Shown here one piece after another: positions 48,748 to 57,943 of a stretch of 64,000 bases of DNA. Position 1 is the stretch's first letter; every line of letters begins with the position of its first letter. The position numbers and the translations under genes were made by a program. A model generated the notes under the pieces. The model was not told the DNA's origin. It did not search any database and saw only the letters and a program-made list of their open reading frames with translations. The DNA comes from a virus (taxonomy: Duplodnaviria; Caudoviricetes), in IMG/VR virus record IMGVR_UViG_3300022752_000013; one strand, 5' to 3'.

Positions 48748-49418
48748 CATTCACGTGCGAGTATTGCAAGAAAACATTTGCTAGAGAAACATCAATAGCC
48801 GTTCACATGTGTGAACCCAAACGCAGACGACTTTCACGAGACGAAGCGGGTGTACGCATGGGCTTCCAGGCCTACATCCGATTCTATGAAACCATGCAAG
48901 GTTCGGCCCGGAACAAAACACATGATGATTTTTGTGAATCACCTTACTACCGAGCATTTGTAAAATTTGGCAACTATTGTGTAAACACTCGCGTGGTAGC
49001 ACCGGATCGTTTTATGGCCTGGTTGCTGAAAGCACAAAAGAAGATTGACAACTGGTGTAGCGACAAGGTGTACACCGAATACTTGATTGAATACCTGCGT
49101 GTGGAAGCAGTGGATGATGCTCTAGCACGAGCAGTAGAATACAGTATGCGTTGGGCAGAAGAAACAGACAATCCCCCACATGACTGTATGCGTTATGGCA
49201 ACACCAATGCATTGTGCTATGCTGTCACAGCAGGACGCATTAGTCCTTGGGTGATTTATAATTCAGAATCAGGGCAAAAGTTTTTGAGTGAACTCACAAC
49301 AGAACAAGTGGCCATGGTATGGCCTTACATTGATTCAGACGCCTGGCAAAAGAAGTTCTCAAACTATCCAGCAGATCAAGAGTATGCCAAAGAAATATTG
49401 AAACAGGCAGGATGGTAA
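48744..49418 (+). CDS. Hypothetical protein with N-terminal C2H2/C2HC-type zinc finger
   Basis: FTCEYCKKTFARETSIAVHMC. Confidence 0.65.
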   Translation: MTFTCEYCKKTFARETSIAVHMCEPKRRRLSRDEAGVRMGFQAYIRFYETMQGSARNKTHDDFCESPYYRAFVKFGNYCVNTRVVAPDRFMAWLLKAQKKIDNWCSDKVYTEYLIEYLRVEAVDDALARAVEYSMRWAEETDNPPHDCMRYGNTNALCYAVTAGRISPWVIYNSESGQKFLSELTTEQVAMVWPYIDSDAWQKKFSNYPADQEYAKEILKQAGW

Positions 49419-49419
49419 C

Positions 49420-49776
49420 ATGATCAAAGCAATTCACACCATTGGAAAGTATATACAAGTAATAGGCGGCAGTGCCAGCACCTATGTGACTGCCCAGGCC
49501 GGTTCACAAGGAGTTGGTAACTTGCGTTTCAACACCAGCCAGCAACGACTAGAAGTATATGATGGCATGACCTGGTTGGAATTAAACTCACCACATGCCA
49601 GTGTAGGACTCAACGGAGTGGCTGAAGAGGCAATTGATTGGGCACGACGACAGATGGAAGAAGAAAAAAGGCTTGAGGTCCTGGCCAAAGAACATCCTGC
49701 TGTGTCAGATGCACTCGAAGCAGTTCAACAAGCCCAGGAACGAGTTAGAATTGTGGCAGCATTGGTGCAAGAATGA
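49420..49776 (+). CDS. Hypothetical protein with C-terminal coiled coil
   Basis: Clean ORF coupled to the next gene. Confidence 0.65.
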   Translation: MIKAIHTIGKYIQVIGGSASTYVTAQAGSQGVGNLRFNTSQQRLEVYDGMTWLELNSPHASVGLNGVAEEAIDWARRQMEEEKRLEVLAKEHPAVSDALEAVQQAQERVRIVAALVQE

Positions 49777-50333
49777 GCGCAGACATTGATTTAGATTTTG
49801 CTAATCGTGAAGATATACTGAAGTTAATTCAGCATACCCCGGCACGACAAAGCAATGGGCGAAAGCACAACTCAGGAGTGTATGTTACTAACATACCGCG
49901 TGATCCTTTTGCAGGCTGTGCATCTCTGGATTATGAAATTGCCGAACAGCGTGGATACTTTAAACTGGACTTCTTGAACATGAGTGTGTACAGTTTAATA
50001 AAGGATCCTGCACACTATGAATCGATGTTGGCAGCCGCACCGCCTTGGGAACGACTGTGGACTGATCGAGAGTGGGCACGACAACTGGTACACGTGGGCA
50101 ACTATACTGATCTGCTGGCACACATGCGACCAGATTCAATACCCAGGATGGCTGCTTTTATATCTATTATTCGTCCAGGCAAGGCACATTTACAAACACG
50201 CCCCTGGACAGAGGTGTTTGCATCAGTATGGGACGGGGATGATTCGCAAGGTTATACTTTTAAGAAGAGTCACAGTATTTCTTATGCGGCTCTTGTTTCT
50301 TTACACATGAATTTAATCAACACGTCTAACTAG
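49773..50333 (+). CDS. Miniature family C DNA polymerase (DnaE-alpha-like) core
   Basis: ADIDLDF, RKHNSGVYV, GYFKLDFL, IIRPGK and GYTFKKSHSISYA occur in DnaE order. Confidence 0.8.
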   Translation: MSADIDLDFANREDILKLIQHTPARQSNGRKHNSGVYVTNIPRDPFAGCASLDYEIAEQRGYFKLDFLNMSVYSLIKDPAHYESMLAAAPPWERLWTDREWARQLVHVGNYTDLLAHMRPDSIPRMAAFISIIRPGKAHLQTRPWTEVFASVWDGDDSQGYTFKKSHSISYAALVSLHMNLINTSN

Positions 50334-50699
50334 GGTAATTGATTTACGCTTGCTCTTTTTGCGAGCAATGTCGTTCAAACTGCATATTGGGCCATGCAGA
50401 ATTTCCAAATCTTTGTTGGCAAACGTTCTCAAGGTGGGGCGAAACGGATCCCACTCCCCGCGCAGGAATATGTTAATAGGAATGCTTCTATTGCTTTCCC
50501 ACCACCAAGTGTTGGCCAAATCTATAAATTGACGCTTGGAATCCTGGTCTGTAACAGCCCCAAAGTCGTAGATGGTGGTAATTGCATCATCACGATTTTG
50601 CACTATGCCCACATATTCGTTACTGGCGTATATGCACAGGGTTATAAACGGATATTTGTCTGCCATTTTTTGAAATAAGTCACTGCCCATAAGTTTCAT
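50313..50699 (-). CDS. Hypothetical protein
   Basis: TATAAATA on the minus strand (50706-13), 6 nt before the ATG. Confidence 0.7.
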   Translation of the reverse strand: MKLMGSDLFQKMADKYPFITLCIYASNEYVGIVQNRDDAITTIYDFGAVTDQDSKRQFIDLANTWWWESNRSIPINIFLRGEWDPFRPTLRTFANKDLEILHGPICSLNDIARKKSKRKSITLVRRVD

Positions 50700-50743
50700 T
50701 CGGTTTATTTATACAGTAAACTTTTAGGTAAATATTTGGAACT

Positions 50744-51835
50744 ATGTACTCAACCACAGCCTACATTTATCAACAGATCCAGAGAATTTTATTAATAGAC
50801 ACCACAGGCGTGGGTGAGGTATTTGTTCGGAGGTGGGAACCAGTGTACGCAAAAAAACTAACAATCAACAAGGGCGTGGATAACGTGATCTTGTTTGAAT
50901 TCATTAATCAAGATCAAAAGCCTGTAAACATTACCGGCAGCAATTTGATATTCAGACTAATCAACTTACAAGGCGATGTACAATTGCTGGAAAAAGAGAT
51001 GGTCATATTGAACGCACCGTTTGGACGTGCCAAAGTCACACTGAGTGCCGCAGACACAACAGAACTACCTACTGAACCTGCCAGTTACAGCATAGACAGA
51101 ACCAGTGGCAACCTAACAGAAGCAGTATTTGTGGATGCACAGGCCCAAGCCCGTGCAGATGTGGACATACAAGATAGTGTACTACCAGAGTTTGTGCCCA
51201 GTCACACAGTGACAGTACCTACCATATACGGCCCTGAAATCTACATCAATCCTGTGTTTGCTGGCAACTATCCTGACTGGGCGTTAAATCCTCCTCCGGT
51301 TGGCAATGTCCAGCCCAATCCCGAACGCTATTCAAGTTTTATCCCCACCATTGGTGCCAGTCTGACCACGTTTCAACTAAACATGAATCATTACACTGGC
51401 AATATCAAAGCACAAGCCGCTGAAACCTATCAAAGCACCTGGTATGATGTCAGCAACATATCTTCATATTACAATCGAACAGGTACAGAATACATCAATG
51501 TGCTGGGTTATCATCCACTACTGCGCCTTGCACTTAACAGTTATTCAGGAGCAGAAATTGTAGGGCCGGCCACTGCCAATGCTCAGGCTGCCAATGGAGT
51601 AATCACCGGAATTACAGTGACCAATTCGGGCAACGGTTATCTAGCACCGCCCTTGGTTACCATCATTGGGCTAGGTGCCGGAGCAACCGCAGAAGCAGAA
51701 ATTACTGGCGGTCAAGTTAGTGCCATAAATGTTACTAACGGAGGCTCAGGCTACACACCCTCGCCGGCACAACCTACTGTACCGGCTGCAGTTGTTATCA
51801 CAACAGGGGCAGTGGTAGACATAATTTGTAGATGA
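50744..51835 (+). CDS. Virion structural protein (baseplate/tail-associated)
   Basis: BppU-like N-terminus. C-terminal G.ITGITVTNSGNGY / VSAINVTNGGSGY repeats. TAAATA upstream. Confidence 0.6.
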   Translation: MYSTTAYIYQQIQRILLIDTTGVGEVFVRRWEPVYAKKLTINKGVDNVILFEFINQDQKPVNITGSNLIFRLINLQGDVQLLEKEMVILNAPFGRAKVTLSAADTTELPTEPASYSIDRTSGNLTEAVFVDAQAQARADVDIQDSVLPEFVPSHTVTVPTIYGPEIYINPVFAGNYPDWALNPPPVGNVQPNPERYSSFIPTIGASLTTFQLNMNHYTGNIKAQAAETYQSTWYDVSNISSYYNRTGTEYINVLGYHPLLRLALNSYSGAEIVGPATANAQAANGVITGITVTNSGNGYLAPPLVTIIGLGAGATAEAEITGGQVSAINVTNGGSGYTPSPAQPTVPAAVVITTGAVVDIICR

Positions 51836-52563
51836 CATTTAAAAAAATTGTTGGGTTTGGTGACTCCTGGATGTACGGAGACGAGTTGCTGGATCCTGCA
51901 CTAGTTCAACAGCATGCTGACGCACACAGTTGCTGGCACCAAAACGATCAATATCGAAACAGTCACAACTTTTTAGGGTTGTTAGGCAAACACTACAACG
52001 TTCCTATAGAAAATTTTGGAATTGCCGGCGGGTCAATGCAGAGTTCAATCTGGACATTCCTTTGGTGGCTGGAACACGAACCCTGTCCTGAAGATTGCAT
52101 GGTCTTGATTGGGCATACTGATTCAGACCGACTGAGTTTTTACAATCCTGACCATCGCAGTTACGCCAACGATCCTCCTTGGAACAAGTTCATACACTCA
52201 ACCTGGGTGCAATATGGGTCTAGTGTTGTGCCAGAGGAATTCAGAACCATGGTCAAACAGCAACTGGTATTGACCAACTGTTCAGAACTGGCCAGACTCA
52301 ATCACATGCAAACTCTACTGTTCTTTGACGGAGTGGCTGCTAGAAAACACATACCAATGATGCAGTTTCACATTATGCCGGCTGATAATCAATTGGATCT
52401 TCCAACAGAGATTTGGCCGGAATTTTCAACCACCATGTGGTTTCGAGATCATCCTAACAACCAAAAACGAGAATTAATTTTCCCAGGCGGCCATCCCAAC
52501 GAAATTGGGCATGAAATGATTGCTGACAAGTTGATTTCTACCATAGATTCTGCTACAATGTAG
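51832..52563 (+). CDS. SGNH/GDSL-like hypothetical protein
   Basis: IVGFGDSW, NFGIAGGS, GGHPNEIGH..IA. Confidence 0.55.
   Translation: MTFKKIVGFGDSWMYGDELLDPALVQQHADAHSCWHQNDQYRNSHNFLGLLGKHYNVPIENFGIAGGSMQSSIWTFLWWLEHEPCPEDCMVLIGHTDSDRLSFYNPDHRSYANDPPWNKFIHSTWVQYGSSVVPEEFRTMVKQQLVLTNCSELARLNHMQTLLFFDGVAARKHIPMMQFHIMPADNQLDLPTEIWPEFSTTMWFRDHPNNQKRELIFPGGHPNEIGHEMIADKLISTIDSATM
52531..52559 (+). promoter_or_regulatory. sigma70-type promoter for primase, probably leaderless
   Basis: TTGATT-17-TACAAT inside the upstream gene end, with ATG 6 nt downstream. Confidence 0.55.
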
Positions 52564-52565
52564 CA

Positions 52566-53561
52566 ATGCTTGATATACTGCAATATTTGCCTGCAAAACG
52601 AAAACCCAGTCCACAAGGCTGGCTGAGTTTCAATGCAGTATGTTGCACCCATAATGGCAACAGCACAGACCGACGTGGACGTGGCGGTATCAAGGCAACT
52701 GAATCGGGTTGGAGTTATCACTGCTTTAATTGCTCATACACAGCCAGTTTTATTCTGGGCCGTACTGTGAGTTTCAAAGCCAAGAGATTGTTAGGGTGGA
52801 TGGGTGTGCCCGACAACGAGATTGAAATGCTCAATCTTGAAAGTCTGCGACATCGTAGCATTCACGGCATACTAGAAGATCGACAAAAGACATTCAATAC
52901 ACTCAGTGCTATTGAATTTGAAGATTCAGATGACTTTCCTCCGTTCAGTGAAGTGGTCACACCTGAGCATGTGTTATACTGGGATTACATACGCCGCCGC
53001 GGTGTTCCTGAAGACTTCCCCATAATGACATCGATCAAAACTGATGGGGTTCATTGGACAAGGCCATTTGTGTTGGTTCCGTTTACATATGATAACAAAG
53101 TGATAGGCTGGACTGCTAGATTCTTGGATGACAAACAGCCCCGGTACATCAATCACTCACAACCGGGCTATGTGTTTGGTACAGATCTACAACATGCAGA
53201 TTGGCAACATGTACTGGTGACCGAAGGCATCTTTGATGCACTCTCAATTGGCGGACTTGCGGTCATGCACAATACTATTAGTGATAGCCAAGCAAGATTA
53301 ATTCGCAGTCTTGGTCGTGAAGTAACTGTGGTACCAGATCAAGATGTCGCAGGTGTAGAACTGATCGATCGTGCTGTGGAACTGGGCTGGGCAGTGAGTA
53401 TACCTGAGTGGCCAGAAGGGTGCAAAGACGTTAACGACGCTGTGATAAAGTTGGGCCGACTAGGAGCCTTGCTAACTATTATGGCCGCAAGAGAAACTAG
53501 CCGAATCAAAATAGAGATAAAGAAGAAACACCTTGTTAAAAAACTACAGAGTCGACATTGA
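52566..53561 (+). CDS. DNA primase (T4 gp61-like)
   Basis: Zn-finger (C.HN...HCFNC), IGWTAR, TOPRIM VTEGIFDAL and VPDQD.AG, CKDVND. Confidence 0.9.
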   Translation: MLDILQYLPAKRKPSPQGWLSFNAVCCTHNGNSTDRRGRGGIKATESGWSYHCFNCSYTASFILGRTVSFKAKRLLGWMGVPDNEIEMLNLESLRHRSIHGILEDRQKTFNTLSAIEFEDSDDFPPFSEVVTPEHVLYWDYIRRRGVPEDFPIMTSIKTDGVHWTRPFVLVPFTYDNKVIGWTARFLDDKQPRYINHSQPGYVFGTDLQHADWQHVLVTEGIFDALSIGGLAVMHNTISDSQARLIRSLGREVTVVPDQDVAGVELIDRAVELGWAVSIPEWPEGCKDVNDAVIKLGRLGALLTIMAARETSRIKIEIKKKHLVKKLQSRH

Positions 53562-54036
53562 TCGTTGGCGCGATCAACAACTCAGCGGATTTAAGTCAGC
53601 AAGCAAAGATGCTATTCTTGAACAAGAAAAAGTTATGTTAGATTTTGTTACGCAATTTTCAAATACTAAATGGTTATGGCAAGGCAATCAAACAAACTTC
53701 CGCAAAATTTGCGACCAACATATTACTATAGACAATATTGATTATCAAGGAGTAATTTTGTTTGGCAGCAGAACGTCTGGATTATCAACTAATCAGTTGG
53801 TAGAAAGAATACAGGAGTTAACTCACAATGTGGACTTTGCCTATGTTGGAATTAATCGATACTCCATAACCAAGCATGATATTGATATAGCACTGCCAGA
53901 CAGCATTGCTGATTCCCTGGATGTAATAATGAACTACTGCAACCCTAAATTTACACGATTGCATTCTTTTGAACATGTTGACGGAAACCACATGGTTGCC
54001 GCACATCCTAGAGATTGTTACGGATTATGCAGATAA
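53533..54036 (+). CDS. Hypothetical protein
   Basis: AT-rich ORF overlapping both neighbours. Confidence 0.6.
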   Translation: MLKNYRVDIDRWRDQQLSGFKSASKDAILEQEKVMLDFVTQFSNTKWLWQGNQTNFRKICDQHITIDNIDYQGVILFGSRTSGLSTNQLVERIQELTHNVDFAYVGINRYSITKHDIDIALPDSIADSLDVIMNYCNPKFTRLHSFEHVDGNHMVAAHPRDCYGLCR

Positions 54037-54590
54037 TAGATTCGTATTCTCGGGCTGGGAGAATAACAACAGGCCAACGTCTGCGATTGTTTCATGTTGG
54101 TAGACCAAAAGTTCATGCCTGGCGCCAAACACGCCATGGCCATGAATATCCATTGGATCCGGTTGATCATTGGATCCTTGATAACATTGATTCCGTTGAT
54201 ATCACTGCTGTAGATTTTGCAGGTTGGTATTTAGAACAGTTTGGATTAAAGACAGTGTGCTTAGAATCAGACTGTATCGCCAAATTGTATTGGCCTCAAT
54301 GCCATGTAGAACCTGATGTAATGACCTGGCGCCCAACATACGTGTCTAAAGTCAATCCTGTAATATTTAAGAATCCGTGGTTTCTTCGTTACGCTACCGT
54401 GGATCAGTTTGTTGCATTTTTAGAAACATGGGTACAGTCAACAACAATAATAAGTTTTGAACCCAAGATGATACAACACAATTATCTCAAGTTCAAACTA
54501 CTTGATCTAGTGCGTCCACTGACAACATTTGAGATTGAAGAAATCGATAATAACTTTTGGAAAATATTGCCATGTACAAACACCAAGTAA
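54015..54590 (+). CDS. Hypothetical protein
   Basis: AT-rich ORF; exact start uncertain. Confidence 0.6.
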   Translation: MLRIMQIIDSYSRAGRITTGQRLRLFHVGRPKVHAWRQTRHGHEYPLDPVDHWILDNIDSVDITAVDFAGWYLEQFGLKTVCLESDCIAKLYWPQCHVEPDVMTWRPTYVSKVNPVIFKNPWFLRYATVDQFVAFLETWVQSTTIISFEPKMIQHNYLKFKLLDLVRPLTTFEIEEIDNNFWKILPCTNTK

Positions 54591-55405
54591 TTTTATTTCA
54601 TGCTGGGGCAAGTGGTAACTTTTTGGCAAACTTTTTGATTGTAAATAAGAACTTGCTTGAACCACAATTTCGTATAGATTGGCAACAACATAATACTAAC
54701 ATCTATTTTGCTGGCAACAGTTCCAGTGTTGATCGTCGAATTGTGTTTTTTGATGATGTTGTTGTATTGGATAAAATTTGCAACATATTAGAACAAGGTA
54801 CTCACCAAATAGTCCTGAGTCATTATCTGTCAGTGAGCCGACTACGCAATGTAAAAGAGGAAGTATGGGTGCGAAAGATATATCCTAAGACTAATATTTT
54901 TGGATTGATTAAGAATATACATTTTAAAAAACAAAGTTTAGAGTTTACAGATTATTCAGGTGCTGATTTTAGAACACAGATAGATCAAGCATTTATGATT
55001 ATTGCCGATCACTATCAGATAATAAAACAAGATCAAGATTGCCCAGATGATCTTACTATTGATTTTGGTTTGTTGTATAATGTACAATACCTTGTTGACC
55101 TGTTTGAATCAGTGCATGGGTTCGCTCCAGACAAGTTAAAAATAGATTGGGCACAAACTTATATCGACCAACAATTTGCTACCTGCAATGATTGTGACTA
55201 CAAAGATATGCAACAAATAATTGATCATGTGCAACCTAAAGATTTTTTTGATGTTGCTCTGGTATTGTTTATATACGAAAAAAATCACAACACCGTTGAT
55301 CGAAACAGACTATGGACAATAGATCATCTGCCCGACAATATAAATGATTCGTTGAAGTTTTTTATAACTAACTCTACAAAATACACAATTTTCAATAAGG
55401 ATTAA
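54575..55405 (+). CDS. Hypothetical protein (P-loop/sulfotransferase-like N-terminus, tentative)
   Basis: ILFHAGASGNFL near the N-terminus. AT-rich; start uncertain. Confidence 0.5.
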   Translation, partial: YKHQVILFHAGASGNFLANFLIVNKNLLEPQFRIDWQQHNTNIYFAGNSSSVDRRIVFFDDVVVLDKICNILEQGTHQIVLSHYLSVSRLRNVKEEVWVRKIYPKTNIFGLIKNIHFKKQSLEFTDYSGADFRTQIDQAFMIIADHYQIIKQDQDCPDDLTIDFGLLYNVQYLVDLFESVHGFAPDKLKIDWAQTYIDQQFATCNDCDYKDMQQIIDHVQPKDFFDVALVLFIYEKNHNTVDRNRLWTIDHLPDNINDSLKFFITNSTKYTIFNKD

Positions 55406-55408
55406 ACT

Positions 55409-56854
55409 TTGTTAAAAGAATACGGACTTGATGTCCAACGACTATTTCTAGAAATGATGCTGGAAGACGCCACAAGTTATGTGCGTGTTCAAAACATTTA
55501 CAATCCGCAGAACTTTGACCGAAGTTTGAGACCAGCGGCTGAGTTCATCAAAGAACACACAGACAAACACAAGACCATGCCCGACAGGTCACAGATCTCT
55601 GCGACCACAGGCATTAAACTTGCGACAGTGCCGGACTTGAACGAAGGCCACTTTGACTGGTTCATGGGTGAGTTTGAAGCATTTACCCGACGTCAAGAAC
55701 TTGAACGTGCTATTTTGAAGTCAGCAGACTTGCTGGAGAAAGGCGAATTTGAACCCGTTGAAAAACTCATCAAAGATGCAGTACAGATATCACTTACTAA
55801 AGACATGGGCACGGATTACTTTGCTGATCCTAAGGCTCGCATTGAGAAATACTTTAACTCGGGCGGACAAGTAAGCACAGGATGGCCACAACTGGACAGA
55901 TTGTTGTACGGTGGGTTCAGTCGAGGCGAACTAAATATCTTTGCAGGCGGATCTGGTTCGGGTAAGTCACTTGTGATGATGAACATTGCCCTGAACTGGT
56001 TGCAACAAGGACTTAGTGGAGTTTACATTACACTTGAATTGAGTGAAGAACTCACAAGTTTACGAACTGATGCTATGTTGACCAACATGAGCACCAAGGA
56101 CATTAGACGTGACATGGACACAACTGAACTCAAGGTAAAACTTGTGGCCAAAAAGTCCGGCAACTATCAAGTGAAAGGCTTGCCGGCACAGAGCAACATC
56201 AATGATATTCGTGCTTATTTGAAAGAGTATCAGATTCAAACAGGCAAGAAGGTAGACTTTGTGATGATTGACTACTTGGACCTGCTGATGCCTGTGAGTG
56301 CCAAAGTCTCACCCAACGACTTGTTTGTGAAAGACAAGTATGTGAGTGAAGAACTCCGCAACTTGGCCAAAGAGTTGGCAGTACTAATGGTTACTGCATC
56401 GCAGTTGAATCGTTCAGCAGTTGAAGAAGTAGAGTTTGATCACTCGCACATTTCAGGTGGCATTTCCAAGATCAACACAGCAGATAATGTATTTGGCATC
56501 TTTACTAGCAGAGCAATGAAAGAGCGTGGCAAGTATCAAATTCAATGTATGAAGTCACGGAGTTCAACTGGTGTTGGTCAAAAGATTGATTTGGAGTACA
56601 ACATTGAAACCATGCGTATAACAGACGAAGGCGGCGACGAAAAAGACAACTTCCGTGGCGGTGCCAAACCCAGCATCATGGATTCAATCAAGGCCAAGAG
56701 TCAAGTTAAAATCACTGAAGAAGGCGAGTCTAGTACACCACCTTGGGAACGAGCCAAGCCCAAGGAAGACTTTGATCTAGAAGCACCTAAGGTCACTGCA
56801 GATGTACAAAGTGCTAAATTAAAACAACTGCTGGGGCAGATTAAACAATCGTAA
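55409..56854 (+). CDS. Replicative DnaB-like helicase (T4 gp41-like)
   Basis: GGSGSGKS Walker A, YITLELSE, VMIDYLDL, TASQLNR, SKINTAD, MKSR. TTG start. Confidence 0.93.
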   Translation: MLKEYGLDVQRLFLEMMLEDATSYVRVQNIYNPQNFDRSLRPAAEFIKEHTDKHKTMPDRSQISATTGIKLATVPDLNEGHFDWFMGEFEAFTRRQELERAILKSADLLEKGEFEPVEKLIKDAVQISLTKDMGTDYFADPKARIEKYFNSGGQVSTGWPQLDRLLYGGFSRGELNIFAGGSGSGKSLVMMNIALNWLQQGLSGVYITLELSEELTSLRTDAMLTNMSTKDIRRDMDTTELKVKLVAKKSGNYQVKGLPAQSNINDIRAYLKEYQIQTGKKVDFVMIDYLDLLMPVSAKVSPNDLFVKDKYVSEELRNLAKELAVLMVTASQLNRSAVEEVEFDHSHISGGISKINTADNVFGIFTSRAMKERGKYQIQCMKSRSSTGVGQKIDLEYNIETMRITDEGGDEKDNFRGGAKPSIMDSIKAKSQVKITEEGESSTPPWERAKPKEDFDLEAPKVTADVQSAKLKQLLGQIKQS

Positions 56855-56928
56855 TATACATTGTTAATTGTATCAATGGTTTATCTAACGCCAATAACCG
56901 ATAAATAAATCAAAGGTCACTGCCTCAA

Positions 56929-57177
56929 ATGCAAAAACGCACCAGAAGTTTGTTAGAAGAATTAGACTCAATGTATGTTGAGCGTGAGCGCCATCTAGTG
57001 ATAGAAAGCCGTGCCAGCAACGTAATAGCCAGTGCTATTAATCTGCTGGAGCAAATTGACGCCGCTTTTCCGCCAGAGCAAGCAGAAAATCTAACCCGTA
57101 AACTGCTCAACGCTATTCGCACTAGAGATGCTGGCCGTTTCGAAAGAACAGTGAGACGTACCCATGCAGATTCATGA
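56929..57177 (+). CDS. Hypothetical protein
   Basis: ATAAATA at 56901. Confidence 0.65.
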   Translation: MQKRTRSLLEELDSMYVERERHLVIESRASNVIASAINLLEQIDAAFPPEQAENLTRKLLNAIRTRDAGRFERTVRRTHADS

Positions 57178-57943
57178 ATTGACTCGAAAACAACTGAATG
57201 AAGTTGATCTGGCTGGACCGAGCGGGCTTTGGTCTGGAATCAAGTCTGCGGCCAAAGCCATGGTACAGCCTGGCGGCGCGAAAGATGCCCTTAGAACAGT
57301 GGCTCCTGGTGCCAATCAAGGACTCGGAGGAACAGCGGCATTGGCAACTAGTGATTTTGCCAAACGTATGCAAGCCCAAAGTACAAACAAAGCATTTGAT
57401 CAAGTGGCAAAAAATTTGCAAGGCAACTGGGAACAACGCAGAGCGGCACAAGTAGGTGTAGCCGCTAAATCTGGTCAACCAATGACACAACAGACTATTG
57501 ATGCATTAATTGATGATTGGTATGCAACCACAGTGATTCCTGTAAATCTAAGGTCCGAAAAAAACACATACATGAATCCATCAGGCGGCCCTGCGCCAGC
57601 AAAAATTGTTTCAACCTTGCAGAACATAAAAAATGCAGAAACGTTACCGGATGCACAAAGACAACAAACACAAGCCACTGAAATTAAAAATTTAGCCGTG
57701 GCAACATCTGCAATGTCACAACTTCTTGCGCAACAAAATCCTCAATTGGCTGCCGCTGCCGCTAAAAGCGCACCCAAAACTGGTAGTGCCCAAGTAGCAC
57801 AAGCAAATATATCAAAAGCGGCTGGAATAAGTTCAACACAATTGTCTGCAATAGAAAAAATTACAGGAGCATTGCCTCCGGTGACCAGTCGTGATCCTAA
57901 CACAATAGCATATCTCCGAGCATTAGGATTTGACGTACAATGA
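57164..57943 (+). CDS. Putative head internal/virion protein
   Basis: MQIHEL...QLNE N-terminus. Ala/Gln-rich. Confidence 0.6.
   Translation: MQIHELTRKQLNEVDLAGPSGLWSGIKSAAKAMVQPGGAKDALRTVAPGANQGLGGTAALATSDFAKRMQAQSTNKAFDQVAKNLQGNWEQRRAAQVGVAAKSGQPMTQQTIDALIDDWYATTVIPVNLRSEKNTYMNPSGGPAPAKIVSTLQNIKNAETLPDAQRQQTQATEIKNLAVATSAMSQLLAQQNPQLAAAAAKSAPKTGSAQVAQANISKAAGISSTQLSAIEKITGALPPVTSRDPNTIAYLRALGFDVQ

Noticed and set aside
21932-56854. Inteins or introns in terminase, UvsX, UvsW, primase or helicase
   Set aside because: All have ordinary lengths with contiguous motifs and no splice-junction signatures.
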